Shown here in pieces: positions 27,107-36,315 of a stretch of DNA of 64,000 bases. This DNA comes from Actinomycetes bacterium (GTDB lineage: Bacteria; Actinomycetota; Thermoleophilia; RBG-16-64-13), in NCBI GenBank assembly GCA_024637035.1, contig JAGXFW010000025.1, positions 11,626 through 75,625 on the forward strand, read 5' to 3'. Below the pieces are notes generated by a model. It was not told where the DNA came from. It made no database searches and saw only the letters and a program-made list of their open reading frames with translations. Made by a program: the position numbers and the translations under genes. The first letter of the stretch is position 1. Every line of letters starts with the position of its first letter.

Positions 27107-28456
27107 CTACCCGGTGACTCCTTCGTCGGTGATGGCGAGTGCCGCATCGAAGATCTCGTACGCCTCACGCATCTCCGCTTCCGTGATGCAGAGTGGCGGG
27201 TTGCTGAACAGGTTGTTCCAGTTCACGAAGACGAAGAGGCCGTTCTCCTTCAGGAAGGCTCCCAGCTTGGCCATCTCGGGGCTGCTGCCGTTGAAGGGGG
27301 CCATCGGTTCCTTCGTCTGGCGGTTCCGCACGAGCTCGATCACGCCGAACAGGCCGATCGAGCGCACGTCGCCCACCGACGGGTGCTTCGCCTTCAGGTC
27401 GGCCATCAGGTCGGCCATCACTGCGCCCATGCGGCGCGCGTTCCCCACCAGGTCGTCCTCGTGCATGACCTTGAGGTTGGCCACCGCGGCGGCCAGCGAC
27501 ATGGGGTGGGCGTTGTAGGTGAGCCCACCATAGAACTTGTGGTCGTTGAAGTACTCGCGCAGCTTGCCGTTGATGGCGACCGCGCCCAGGGGCATGTAGG
27601 CTGAGGTGAGCCCTTTCGCCATGGTGATGATGTCGGGCACGACGTCCCAGTGATCGACAGCGAACCACTCACCGCACCGGCCGAGGCCGGCCATGACTTC
27701 ATCGGCGACCAAGAGGATGCCGTACTTGTCACAGAGCGCGCGGAGGCCCTGCAGATAGCCGTCTGGCGGCACGATGATGCCGTTGGTGCCGGTGACCGGC
27801 TCGATGAAGACCGCGGCTATGGTCTCCGGGCCCTCGTACATCATGACTTCTTCGACCTGGTCGAGGCATTTCTGCGAGAAGACGTCATCGCTGTCGCCCT
27901 CGGTGTACAGCTGGCTGCGGTACTTGTAGGGATCGAAGACGCGGATAACGCCGGGCATGCCGGGCTCGTTCGGCCAGCGGCGCGGGTCGCCGGTGAGCGT
28001 CATGCTTCCGGCCGTGGCTCCGTGGTAGGAGCGGTAGCGCACCATGATCTTGTGACGGCCGGTGTAGGCACGCGCCATCTTGATGGCGTTCTCGTTGGCC
28101 TCGGAACCGCCAAGCGTGAAGAAGAACATGTCGAGGTCGCCGGGAGTGATCTCGGCCATCATGGGGCCGATCTCAGCGCGCACCCGCGTGGCCATTCCGG
28201 GGCCGGCATAGGCGAGTTCCTCGGCCTGAGCCTTGATGGCCTCGATCACCCGCTCGTCCCCGTGGCCGATGTTGACGCACATCAGCTGGGAGTTCATGTC
28301 GGTGTAGCGCTTCCCGTGTGCATCCCAGAAGTACACGCCCTTGGCGCGAGCCATCGGGATGGGATCGACCTGCGATTGCACCGACCAGGAGAAGAAGGTG
28401 TGCTTCTTCGTGAGGTCCACGATCTCCTGAGCCGACATCTGCGTGTCAGTTGCCAT
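27107..28456 (-). CDS. Class III PLP aminotransferase (beta-alanine/taurine/omega-amine type)
   Basis: GGSEANENA, SYHGAT, DEVMAGLGR, AKGLTS and GGLTYNAHP motifs. Confidence 0.92.
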   Translation of the reverse strand: MATDTQMSAQEIVDLTKKHTFFSWSVQSQVDPIPMARAKGVYFWDAHGKRYTDMNSQLMCVNIGHGDERVIEAIKAQAEELAYAGPGMATRVRAEIGPMMAEITPGDLDMFFFTLGGSEANENAIKMARAYTGRHKIMVRYRSYHGATAGSMTLTGDPRRWPNEPGMPGVIRVFDPYKYRSQLYTEGDSDDVFSQKCLDQVEEVMMYEGPETIAAVFIEPVTGTNGIIVPPDGYLQGLRALCDKYGILLVADEVMAGLGRCGEWFAVDHWDVVPDIITMAKGLTSAYMPLGAVAINGKLREYFNDHKFYGGLTYNAHPMSLAAAVANLKVMHEDDLVGNARRMGAVMADLMADLKAKHPSVGDVRSIGLFGVIELVRNRQTKEPMAPFNGSSPEMAKLGAFLKENGLFVFVNWNNLFSNPPLCITEAEMREAYEIFDAALAITDEGVTG

Positions 28457-28484
28457 GCGCACCGCCTCCGTCATCCAGTGTGAA

Positions 28485-28522
28485 CGTTCGACGGGCCGGC
28501 CTCTCGGCCGACCCGTCGAACG
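28485..28522 (-). other. Intercistronic 17-bp RNA hairpin with a GAGA (GNRA) tetraloop
   Basis: mRNA sense reads CGUUCGACGGGUCGGCC-GAGA-GGCCGGCCCGUCGAACG; one G-U pair that works only on the minus strand. Confidence 0.7.
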
Positions 28523-28531
28523 GCTTGGTTC

Positions 28532-30070
28532 TTAGCTCCAGGTACCCATGGTCTTCGGGTCCCAGATCCAACGATTCACCACGACCTTCTTGTCGGTGAA
28601 GAAATCGATCGCGTCGCGACCCATGCCGTGCAGGTCGCCGAAGAAGGAGTCCTTCCGACCGGCGAAGGGGAAATAGGCCATGGCCGCGGGCACACCGATG
28701 TTGATACCGATGTTGCCGGCGTTCGCCTCGTACTTGAACTTACGGGCGGTGAAGCCGTCCTGCGTGTAGATGGAGGCGGCGTTACCGAACGGGCTCTCAT
28801 CGATGATCTTGAGTGCGTCGTCGAGGGTTTCCACCTTCATGATGCAGGCCACCGGGCCGAAGATCTCTTCTTTGGCGATGGTCATATCCGGCGTCACGTT
28901 GTCGAAGATGGTGGGGCCGACGAAGTAGCCTTCCTCACACCCCGGGGTGATGACGTCGGGGTTCCTGCCGTCAACGAGAAGAGTGGCGCCTTCTTCGATG
29001 CCCGTCTCGATCAGGCCCAGGATGCGGGCCTTCGCGGAAGCGCTGATGACCGGACCCATGAACACACGCTCGTCGAGCCCGTAGCCCACGGTGACCTTCT
29101 CGGCAGCCTCTTTGAACGCGGCCGACGCCTGAGCGTGGACCTCGTCGCCAACACACACGAGCACGGAGCCGGCCAGGCAACGCTCTCCGGCACAACCGAA
29201 GAACGAGTTGATCCAGTTCTGCGAAGCCTTCTCCATCACGGCGTCGGGCATGACCACCAGGTGGTTCTTGGCTCCGGCCTGAGCTTGAACGCGCTTCTTG
29301 TGCTTGGCGCCCTCGTGGTAGACGTAGTGACCCACGCGGGTGGAGCCGACGAAGGAGATACCCTTGATCAGCGGATGATGGAGCAATGCGTCCACCACTT
29401 CCTTGTCGCCGTTCACCATGTTCATCACGCCCGCCGGAAGACCGACTTCCTCGATGAGTTCGAAAACGATCTTCTGACTGATCGGGTCCTGCTCCGACGG
29501 CTTCACGATGTAGGTGTTGCCGGCGGCTATGGCGTAGGGCCAGAACCAGAACGGCACCATCATCGGGAAGTTGAAGGGTGAGATGCAGGCGAAGACGCCC
29601 ATGGGCTGGCGGATCATCTCTTCATCGATGCCCGGAGCCGCGCCGTCTTCCAGGTTGTAGCCCATCATGAGCGACGGCATGCCCGAGGCGACCTCGAGGT
29701 GCTCGATGCCGCGCATCACGGAGCCGCGTGCTTCCTCCAGAGACTTGCCGTGCTCCTGAGTCACGATGCGCGCCAGGTCCTCGAAACGCTCTTCCATGAG
29801 GTGCTTCAGCTTGAAGAGGTACTGGATGCGTGTCTGGGGCGGGGTGCGGCGCCAATCCTGGAATGCTGCCTGAGCGGCCTGCGCAGCCCTGTCGACCTCG
29901 GCGGCGGTGGACATGGCCACCGTGCCGATCTCCTTGCCCGTGGCGGGGTTATCGATGGTGAGGATCCTGGTGCTCTCGGACTGGACGAAAGCCCCGTTGA
30001 TGAAGTTCGGGATGCTGCCGTAGTGAGCCTTGAACTCCGGGATCAAGACGACTGGTTCTGTCGTAGCCAT
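28532..30070 (-). CDS. mmsA: CoA-acylating (methyl)malonate-semialdehyde dehydrogenase
   Basis: PFNFPMMVP, KPSEQ, GAKNH, FGCAGERCLA, EEIFGP and GINIGVPA motifs. Confidence 0.92.
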   Translation of the reverse strand: MATTEPVVLIPEFKAHYGSIPNFINGAFVQSESTRILTIDNPATGKEIGTVAMSTAAEVDRAAQAAQAAFQDWRRTPPQTRIQYLFKLKHLMEERFEDLARIVTQEHGKSLEEARGSVMRGIEHLEVASGMPSLMMGYNLEDGAAPGIDEEMIRQPMGVFACISPFNFPMMVPFWFWPYAIAAGNTYIVKPSEQDPISQKIVFELIEEVGLPAGVMNMVNGDKEVVDALLHHPLIKGISFVGSTRVGHYVYHEGAKHKKRVQAQAGAKNHLVVMPDAVMEKASQNWINSFFGCAGERCLAGSVLVCVGDEVHAQASAAFKEAAEKVTVGYGLDERVFMGPVISASAKARILGLIETGIEEGATLLVDGRNPDVITPGCEEGYFVGPTIFDNVTPDMTIAKEEIFGPVACIMKVETLDDALKIIDESPFGNAASIYTQDGFTARKFKYEANAGNIGINIGVPAAMAYFPFAGRKDSFFGDLHGMGRDAIDFFTDKKVVVNRWIWDPKTMGTWS

Positions 30071-30254
30071 GTATCCGCCTCCTGGTGCGCTGAGCTTCTC
30101 GAGATTGTGCGATGATCGAGTCGGTCGGTCGTGTCCCCCCCGGTGCGGGCCACCGCCTCCTGGCTGCCCCGGTGCCCCCAGACTACCCGCTGTTTCCGAA
30201 CACGGTCCAGTGGTAGTATGCACACATGTCGCCACTTGTCACAGCGTCGTGCAC

Positions 30255-31907
30255 ATGAGTACAGCCCTCCTCACTGTCCGCGACCTGTTGGCGGAGCCCG
30301 ATTTCCGTCTCGAGGCGTGGGCGGGCTCAAGATCCTACGGCCGCGCCGTCGACGGCATACACCTCTCCGAGCTGGACGACCCCACTCCATGGATGGTGCC
30401 GGGCAGCATCCTTCTGACCACCGGGCTCAATATGGACAGCGACCCCGCCGCCGGCTTGAGGCTCGTGGAGACGTTGAGCGTGGCCGGCATGTCGGGTCTC
30501 GGTGTCGCGCTCGGACACTACCTCTCGGCACTCCCCCCTGAGATGGTGCAGCGGGCTGAGGAGATCGGCTTTCCACTCTTCACGCTTCCCATAGACGTGC
30601 CGTTCCGACGGGTCAGCGCCTTCGTCTACGACGCGCTCGCCTCGCGCGACACGTATCGTCTTCGTCGCAGCATGGCGGTGCAGAGTCACCTGCTCGAACT
30701 TCTGATCGAGGAGCGGGGAGTAGAAGAGCTCGTGCAGCAACTCGCCTACCTGTTGGAGACCACGGTGCTGCTCTACGACGGCCGTGGGTCCCTGCTCACC
30801 CTGGCTCGGGGCCAGGCGCGATTCTCCTCACGTGGGATGGCCTCGGTGTGGCAAGGCTACCTGGAACATCGGGGAAGGAGAGAGATCCTGCCCGCATTCC
30901 GGTCCTCGGGGTTCCGCGTGTCGTACCGAGAAGTAGCGCTCCATGGAGTCGTGGAGCGGGTCTTGCTGGCGGCGTATGTCAACCGCCCCATCCCCGAACT
31001 TGCGGAAACGACGCTGTCGTTCGCCCAGAAGCTCCTCACGCTCGACGTGCTGCGAAACCGCGACGTGGCCGAACTCCAACGACGCATGCGAACCGGGCTC
31101 ATGGACGACCTCGTATCTGGCATCGGCACCGAGACGGAGCTCTCGGCGCGGATGCGGCAGTACGATCTGGCGCCCGAGAGATCATGGAGGATCGCAGTGC
31201 TCGACGTGGACTCCTTCTCCGAGCGCTTCCCCGCGGAAGGACCCCACACACACCGCGAGACGCGCATGCAGGAGTTCAAGACCACGCTCCTCGAGGCGGT
31301 GGACTCCTTCCTCACAGGCCAGGGTTTGCCGTTCCTCACCATGCTCAAGAGCGACTCCGTGGTGTGCCTCGTGCAGTTCGCGGACACAAGCGTCGCCTCG
31401 GCGGAACGCACTCTGGTCTCGTTGCGAGAGGCGGTGGAGACGAAACTGGCTCCCATGACCCTGTCCGTGGGGGTGTCCGCCGCCGCGACCGGAGCGACCG
31501 GCGCCGCTGGCGCCTTCCGGCAGGCCCGCGAGGCTTTGAGCCTCACCAAGCCGGTGGAAGGGTTGCGCACCCGCTTCTTCGACCTGATCCATCCTCAGAG
31601 CCGGCTGCTGGACTCCCAGAGCGTAGAGGGCCTCACCGCCATCTACGCGGAGACGATAGGGCCCCTCGACGAACACGACCGCGAGCGCGGCGCTCAGCTC
31701 CTACGGACGCTGGAGGTATTCCTGGCCGAGGAACGCTCGCTCAACCGAACGGCCGAGACCCTGCACATGCACCGGAACACTCTCGCGAAACGCATGACCC
31801 GCATCGAGGAGATCCTCGGCCGGAGCCTGGCGGTCACCGACGACCTCGTGGCGATCGGCCTGGGCCTCCGAGCGCGGGATCTGTTGGCCGGAAGACGCCC
31901 GTCATGA
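30255..31907 (+). CDS. PucR-family transcriptional regulator
   Basis: N-terminal ELDDPTPWM...LLTTG sensor; C-terminal TAETLHMHRNTL HTH; divergent from mmsA. Confidence 0.92.
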   Translation: MSTALLTVRDLLAEPDFRLEAWAGSRSYGRAVDGIHLSELDDPTPWMVPGSILLTTGLNMDSDPAAGLRLVETLSVAGMSGLGVALGHYLSALPPEMVQRAEEIGFPLFTLPIDVPFRRVSAFVYDALASRDTYRLRRSMAVQSHLLELLIEERGVEELVQQLAYLLETTVLLYDGRGSLLTLARGQARFSSRGMASVWQGYLEHRGRREILPAFRSSGFRVSYREVALHGVVERVLLAAYVNRPIPELAETTLSFAQKLLTLDVLRNRDVAELQRRMRTGLMDDLVSGIGTETELSARMRQYDLAPERSWRIAVLDVDSFSERFPAEGPHTHRETRMQEFKTTLLEAVDSFLTGQGLPFLTMLKSDSVVCLVQFADTSVASAERTLVSLREAVETKLAPMTLSVGVSAAATGATGAAGAFRQAREALSLTKPVEGLRTRFFDLIHPQSRLLDSQSVEGLTAIYAETIGPLDEHDRERGAQLLRTLEVFLAEERSLNRTAETLHMHRNTLAKRMTRIEEILGRSLAVTDDLVAIGLGLRARDLLAGRRPS

Positions 31908-31961
31908 CTGGCGGCGTGCCGCCGGTCCCCAAGTACACGTGACCAGAAGGCAGGTAGCGGC

Positions 31962-32669
31962 ATGACCGATTCACATGAGAAAGATCTCGCGGACGCTCCC
32001 GAGTCCGGCGCGGTGGGCATCGAAGGCTCGTACGGCGGCCAGGGTGACCCGCGCGACCCAGCTGCTCGCCCCGGCCTTGAGGGGGCGGTCAAGGAAGCCT
32101 TGCGGTGTCTCGCCGAGGTGCTCGAGATCAGACTCCTCAGCGACGAAGAACGGGCGAGTATCACCGGGCTCGAGACCGAAGCCGAGGTCAGCGGTGCGGC
32201 GGGAGGCATGTTCGAGTTCGTGAACCAAGGCATGCGCGAAGCGATGGCCTGCGAGTTGGCCTTCGCCGCCCTGACCGGCCCCATGCTCGAAGACCCTCCC
32301 GAGCCCTGGACCATCATGCTCGACGACGATGGCCAGGTGATCGGGGAGTGGTTGGCCGAGAGCCGGCGCGAAGAGGTCAAGGAGAGCGGACGAGCCATCT
32401 TCCTTTCGCCCGACTTCGTGCTCTACAAGGATCGCAAGCCGAAAGGCAAGGGGCGTTTCGTGATGCCCTTCATGTGCGTCCCGCTGCCGGGCCCCGACGA
32501 GCTGAGTACGTGCGGAATGGGAACACCTTCCGGCCTTGCCGACGAGTACATCCGCAGCCTGATGGGTAACCCGGGCAAGGAACTGGCAACCGTGGTGATC
32601 GGCATCAACACCGGCGCCACGGGCAGGACGTCATCGGAGACTTCAGAGGGAGGCACCAGCGATGAGTGA
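31962..32669 (+). CDS. Hypothetical protein
   Basis: Acidic 235-aa ORF with host-like codon usage; overlaps the start of the cupin gene. Confidence 0.65.
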   Translation: MTDSHEKDLADAPESGAVGIEGSYGGQGDPRDPAARPGLEGAVKEALRCLAEVLEIRLLSDEERASITGLETEAEVSGAAGGMFEFVNQGMREAMACELAFAALTGPMLEDPPEPWTIMLDDDGQVIGEWLAESRREEVKESGRAIFLSPDFVLYKDRKPKGKGRFVMPFMCVPLPGPDELSTCGMGTPSGLADEYIRSLMGNPGKELATVVIGINTGATGRTSSETSEGGTSDE

Positions 32670-32994
32670 ACCGCGCACCACACCCTGGGTCGGCGACTTG
32701 GGGACCGTGGCTGAATACGCCACCGACGGCATCGTCAGCAAGACCTTGATCGACGAACCCCGCGTCAAGATCGTGTTGTTCGCCATGTCGGCAGGCCAGT
32801 CGCTTTCCGAGCACACCGCGAGCATGCCTGCATCCATCCACGTCTTGGAGGGCACGTGCTCGATCCTCCTGGGCGAAGACAGGCACGACGCGCCTCCCGG
32901 AACCTATGTGTTCATGCCGGCGAACCTCAACCACGCCGTCGACGCGGTCGAGGACTCTGTGTTCCTCTTGCACCTGCACCGCGGGGAGAACTGA
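32662..32994 (+). CDS. Cupin domain protein
   Basis: IVSKTL...FAMSAGQSLSEHTA...MPANLNHAV pattern. Confidence 0.85.
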   Translation: MSEPRTTPWVGDLGTVAEYATDGIVSKTLIDEPRVKIVLFAMSAGQSLSEHTASMPASIHVLEGTCSILLGEDRHDAPPGTYVFMPANLNHAVDAVEDSVFLLHLHRGEN

Positions 32995-33020
32995 ACCAGA
33001 CAGAACTGAGGATCGGATCA

Positions 33021-33040
33021 TATACCCCATAGGGTATAAT
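33021..33040 (+). promoter_or_regulatory. CsoR/CstR-family operator overlapping a -10 box
   Basis: Perfect 7-bp inverted repeat TATACCC-CATA-GGGTATA with TATAAT at 33035-33040. Confidence 0.7.
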
Positions 33041-33139
33041 CGGCGAGACGGTGATCGACCTCTCTGTCGACGCTGAGATACCGCCGCCCGGGTGCGCGAA
33101 CGCAGCCCACGTACGCGGCGACACCCGAGGAGGATCGAG

Positions 33140-33547
33140 ATGACGAGCAGCGAGCCCGGCGACAGCGCCGAGGCGAAAGCCAAAACCACCGAGAAGAAGA
33201 CCCCACGCACCACGGGTGTCGCCACCGCGACCGTCCGTGCCGAGATCGACGCGGGCATCTGTGGCTTCAACACGACGGTCCGTGCGGAAGCCGAATCCAT
33301 GCGCAAGGTGCGACTCGACATCGAGAGCGACTGCCCTCAGATCCGCAAGGCGGCCGAGCAGCTGCCCGAGATGGACATGCTCGAAGAGCTCAAAGCGGGA
33401 CTCGGTCATGGTCATGTGTATGGGGTTCTGTCCGGCTGCGTGCGGCACGTCACCTGCCCGGTCGGCTCGGGCATCCTGAAGGCAGCGGAGTCGGCGGCCG
33501 GCCTGGCCCTGCCGAAGGATGTCAGCATCAAGCTGACCAAGGAGTAA
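33140..33547 (+). CDS. Small Cys-rich protein (DUF6951-like), possibly metal- or Fe-S-binding
   Basis: GICGF, ESDCPQI and CVRHVTCPVGSGILKA motifs; GAGGAGG RBS. Confidence 0.75.
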   Translation: MTSSEPGDSAEAKAKTTEKKTPRTTGVATATVRAEIDAGICGFNTTVRAEAESMRKVRLDIESDCPQIRKAAEQLPEMDMLEELKAGLGHGHVYGVLSGCVRHVTCPVGSGILKAAESAAGLALPKDVSIKLTKE

Positions 33548-33628
33548 CACCGGCACATCAGGGCGCCACTACGGCGCCCTGGGGCGATCGGCGCCCCACA
33601 CGCTGGGGGGCCGAGTCCACGCCCGAGG

Positions 33629-34264
33629 CTACTCCACCAGCACCAGCCCCGTCCAACGAACCGGCTCGTCCGAGGAGAGCTTGATGGGCAGGCCGGCGTT
33701 GGCGGCGGTTCTGAATACGTCGATACCCACCCCCTCCATCGAGGGGCGCGCCTCCAACGGCCGCCGGCAGGGGTCACCGCTCGCCAAGTCTACGCACTGG
33801 GGGCACAGGATGCAGATGCCCCCGGTGAACCCGGCGGCGTAGTAGTAGCCTGCCTTGAACGCCTCCGCCTCGAGTTTGGTCACCAGCTTGCCTAGGGCGC
33901 GGTTCTCTGCGCCGTGTAACTCCGCCTCCAACTCGACGACGCTCTTGCCGCCCATGCCCTCAGCATCCAGGTCGAGTGAATTGCGCGCCGACTCGACCTG
34001 CACGAGCAGCGCGACGGAATAGCGGTCGAGGGTGCGGCGGAACTCTTGCACCGACATGATGTTGGGAGGGCAGTGAAGGTAGTTGGCGTAGCCGGGGCAC
34101 ACCGGCACCGCACACTTGAGGCGCACGCGTTCGTCCACCACCACCTGTTCGGCCGGCAGAAGCGCCGCTCCGGTCGCCCCCAACTCCAGGGCCTTCTCCA
34201 CCAGGAACGTGAAGGCGGCCGGAGCCTCCCCGTGGAGCGTCAGAGCCTTCTTCCCACTCGCCAT
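33629..34264 (-). CDS. DUF2284-family predicted metal-binding protein
   Basis: RVRLKC..CPGY...CPP, CILCPQC and CRRPLEARPSMEGVGIDV motifs. Confidence 0.85.
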   Translation of the reverse strand: MASGKKALTLHGEAPAAFTFLVEKALELGATGAALLPAEQVVVDERVRLKCAVPVCPGYANYLHCPPNIMSVQEFRRTLDRYSVALLVQVESARNSLDLDAEGMGGKSVVELEAELHGAENRALGKLVTKLEAEAFKAGYYYAAGFTGGICILCPQCVDLASGDPCRRPLEARPSMEGVGIDVFRTAANAGLPIKLSSDEPVRWTGLVLVE

Positions 34265-34547
34265 CTGCATCCTCCGTGCCGGCCCCCCTCGATGGGCGAG
34301 GCCTCGCTGGGTGGGTAGGGGGGTCACTCGGCCCCCGCCCGAGACCGTCATCGTATCAGACGGAATGAGCCCGACAAGGCAGTACAGGGGGGGCCGGCCG
34401 CGGCGCGCCGATACCCCGCTGACGCCACCCCCCCGAGCGCTACGTGCAGACGACGTTCTGCGATAGGCTAGGATCGAAGTCCTTGACGGCACGACACCCG
34501 ACGCAGTGACTTCACACATGCTCCGCGACAGCTCAGGGGGTACGAGG

Positions 34548-35502
34548 ATGACACCAAAGGGCTACGCGCCCGCCGATTCATTCGAGTCACCGCGGTTCAG
34601 CGGTGTGCGCACCTTCATGCGCCTGCCTGCGGTGAGTGACTTCGAGGGGGTCGACGTGGCCTTCCTCGGCGCGCCGTTCGATACGGGGGCCTCGTTCAGA
34701 GTGGGGGCTCGCTTCGGGCCGGAAGCGGTGAGGAGCGCCTCTCACCTGTTGCGACCCTACAACGCGGGCGCGGGGGTGGACATCTTCCAACACGTATCGG
34801 CGGTGGACGCGGGAGACCTTTCGGTGGTGCCGGGGTTCATCGCCGATTCGTTCACCAGGATCGAAGCCGGCCTGCGGCCTGTGCACGAGGCTGGAGTCGT
34901 GCCGTTGGTGATCGGTGGAGACCATTCCATCGCCTTGCCCGAACTCCGGGCAGCGGCAGCGGTGCACGGCCCCGTGGCGCTCGTGCACTTCGATTCGCAC
35001 TCAGACACCTGGGACTCCTACTTCGGCCAACCCCTCAACCACGGCACGCCGGTTCCGGCGCGCCATCGAGGAGAGGCTCATCTCGCCATCGCGTAGCATC
35101 CAGTTGGGTATGCGCGGCCCCCTCTACGCGGCCTCCGACCTCGACGACGCCCGCGCACTCGGCCTAGACCTCCTCACCACGGACGACATCCGCCGGCTGG
35201 GTTTCGCCGAAGTCATCAAGCAGATCCATTGGCGGGTGGGGAAGGCCAAGGTGTTCGTGAGCTTCGACATAGACTTCCTCGACCCGGCCTTCGCCCCGGG
35301 TACAGGCACGCCCGAGGTGGGCGGCTTCACCACCTGGGAGGCTCAGCAGCTTCTGCGCGGCCTCGCAGGCATGGACGTCGTGGGGGCCGACATGGTCGAG
35401 GTGCTGCCCGCCCACGACCCGGCGGCCATCACCGCCTTCGCGGGAGCCGCCGTGCTCTTCGAACTGCTTACGCTCGTCGCCATCAGGAGACGTGATTCGT
35501 GA
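34548..35502 (+). pseudogene. speB: Agmatinase (ureohydrolase) split by a +1 frameshift near 35051 (pseudogene or sequencing error)
   Basis: GARFGP, GGDHS and HFDSHSD in one frame; FRRAIEE, SFDIDFLDP and PGTGTP in another; extra G in ACG CCG G TTC CGG. Confidence 0.88.
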
Positions 35503-36167
35503 TCCAAGCGCAGCGGCCGCCCGCCTCTGACCCCATAGACCTCACCCAGCCGATGGGGTCGGGCATGCCGGCGTACCCTGCCGACCCACCGGTGGAGATC
35601 GTCGCGTACCGGAGCCACGATACAGACGGCTACGCCGCCACGCAGTTGCGGCTGGGTACCCACTCGGGCACACACGTCGACGCTCCCAGCCACTTCTTGG
35701 TCGACGGGGCCACCATCGACTCCTACCCGCCCGCCCGCTTCTTCGGCGCGGGAGTCGTGCTCGATCTGCGCGCGGGCCCCCGGGAACTCGACGAGGCCAC
35801 AATGCGCGCCGCCGCGACGGCAGCCGGCGGGCTGGAGACCGGTGACTTCGCGGTGCTGTGGACGGGCTGGGATACGCACTTCGGCGACGACTTCATGGTG
35901 GAGCACCCGTTCCTCACGCCGGACGCGGCTCAGGTACTGCTCGAGACTGGGGTGTCCCTCGTGGCCACGGACGCACTGAACGTGGACTCCTCAGAAGGCG
36001 GGGAGTTCCCCGTGCATCCCCTGCTTCTGGGAGCCGACGTACTGATCGTGGAGAACCTCCGCGGGCTGGCGGCCCTGGGCTCCGGGCGGGCCTTCTTCGC
36101 CTTCGTCCCACTGCGGCTGAAGGGGCTGGATGGCTCGCCCATCCGGGCCCTCAGCTGGAAGGTCTAG
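35499..36167 (+). CDS. Cyclase family metal-dependent hydrolase (KynB-like)
   Basis: HSGTHVDAPSH, IVENL and DGSPIRA motifs. Confidence 0.88.
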   Translation: MIQAQRPPASDPIDLTQPMGSGMPAYPADPPVEIVAYRSHDTDGYAATQLRLGTHSGTHVDAPSHFLVDGATIDSYPPARFFGAGVVLDLRAGPRELDEATMRAAATAAGGLETGDFAVLWTGWDTHFGDDFMVEHPFLTPDAAQVLLETGVSLVATDALNVDSSEGGEFPVHPLLLGADVLIVENLRGLAALGSGRAFFAFVPLRLKGLDGSPIRALSWKV

Positions 36168-36315
36168 GTCGGCGCCGGCTGACGCGGCCGCTTGGCGACC
36201 GCTGCACCGCGGCTGTGTCGGAACGCGCACCGGCCGGGGCGGAGCCCCGGCCGGGAGGTCAGGCGTCGTATCGAGCCCTCGTGCGGCTAGACCGCGGTCG
36301 CTGGGCCGTTCTCGT

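Noticed and set aside
34275-34547. Guanidine riboswitch upstream of the agmatinase
   Set aside because: ACG-containing words are present, but there are no paired ACGR hairpins and no ykkC consensus.
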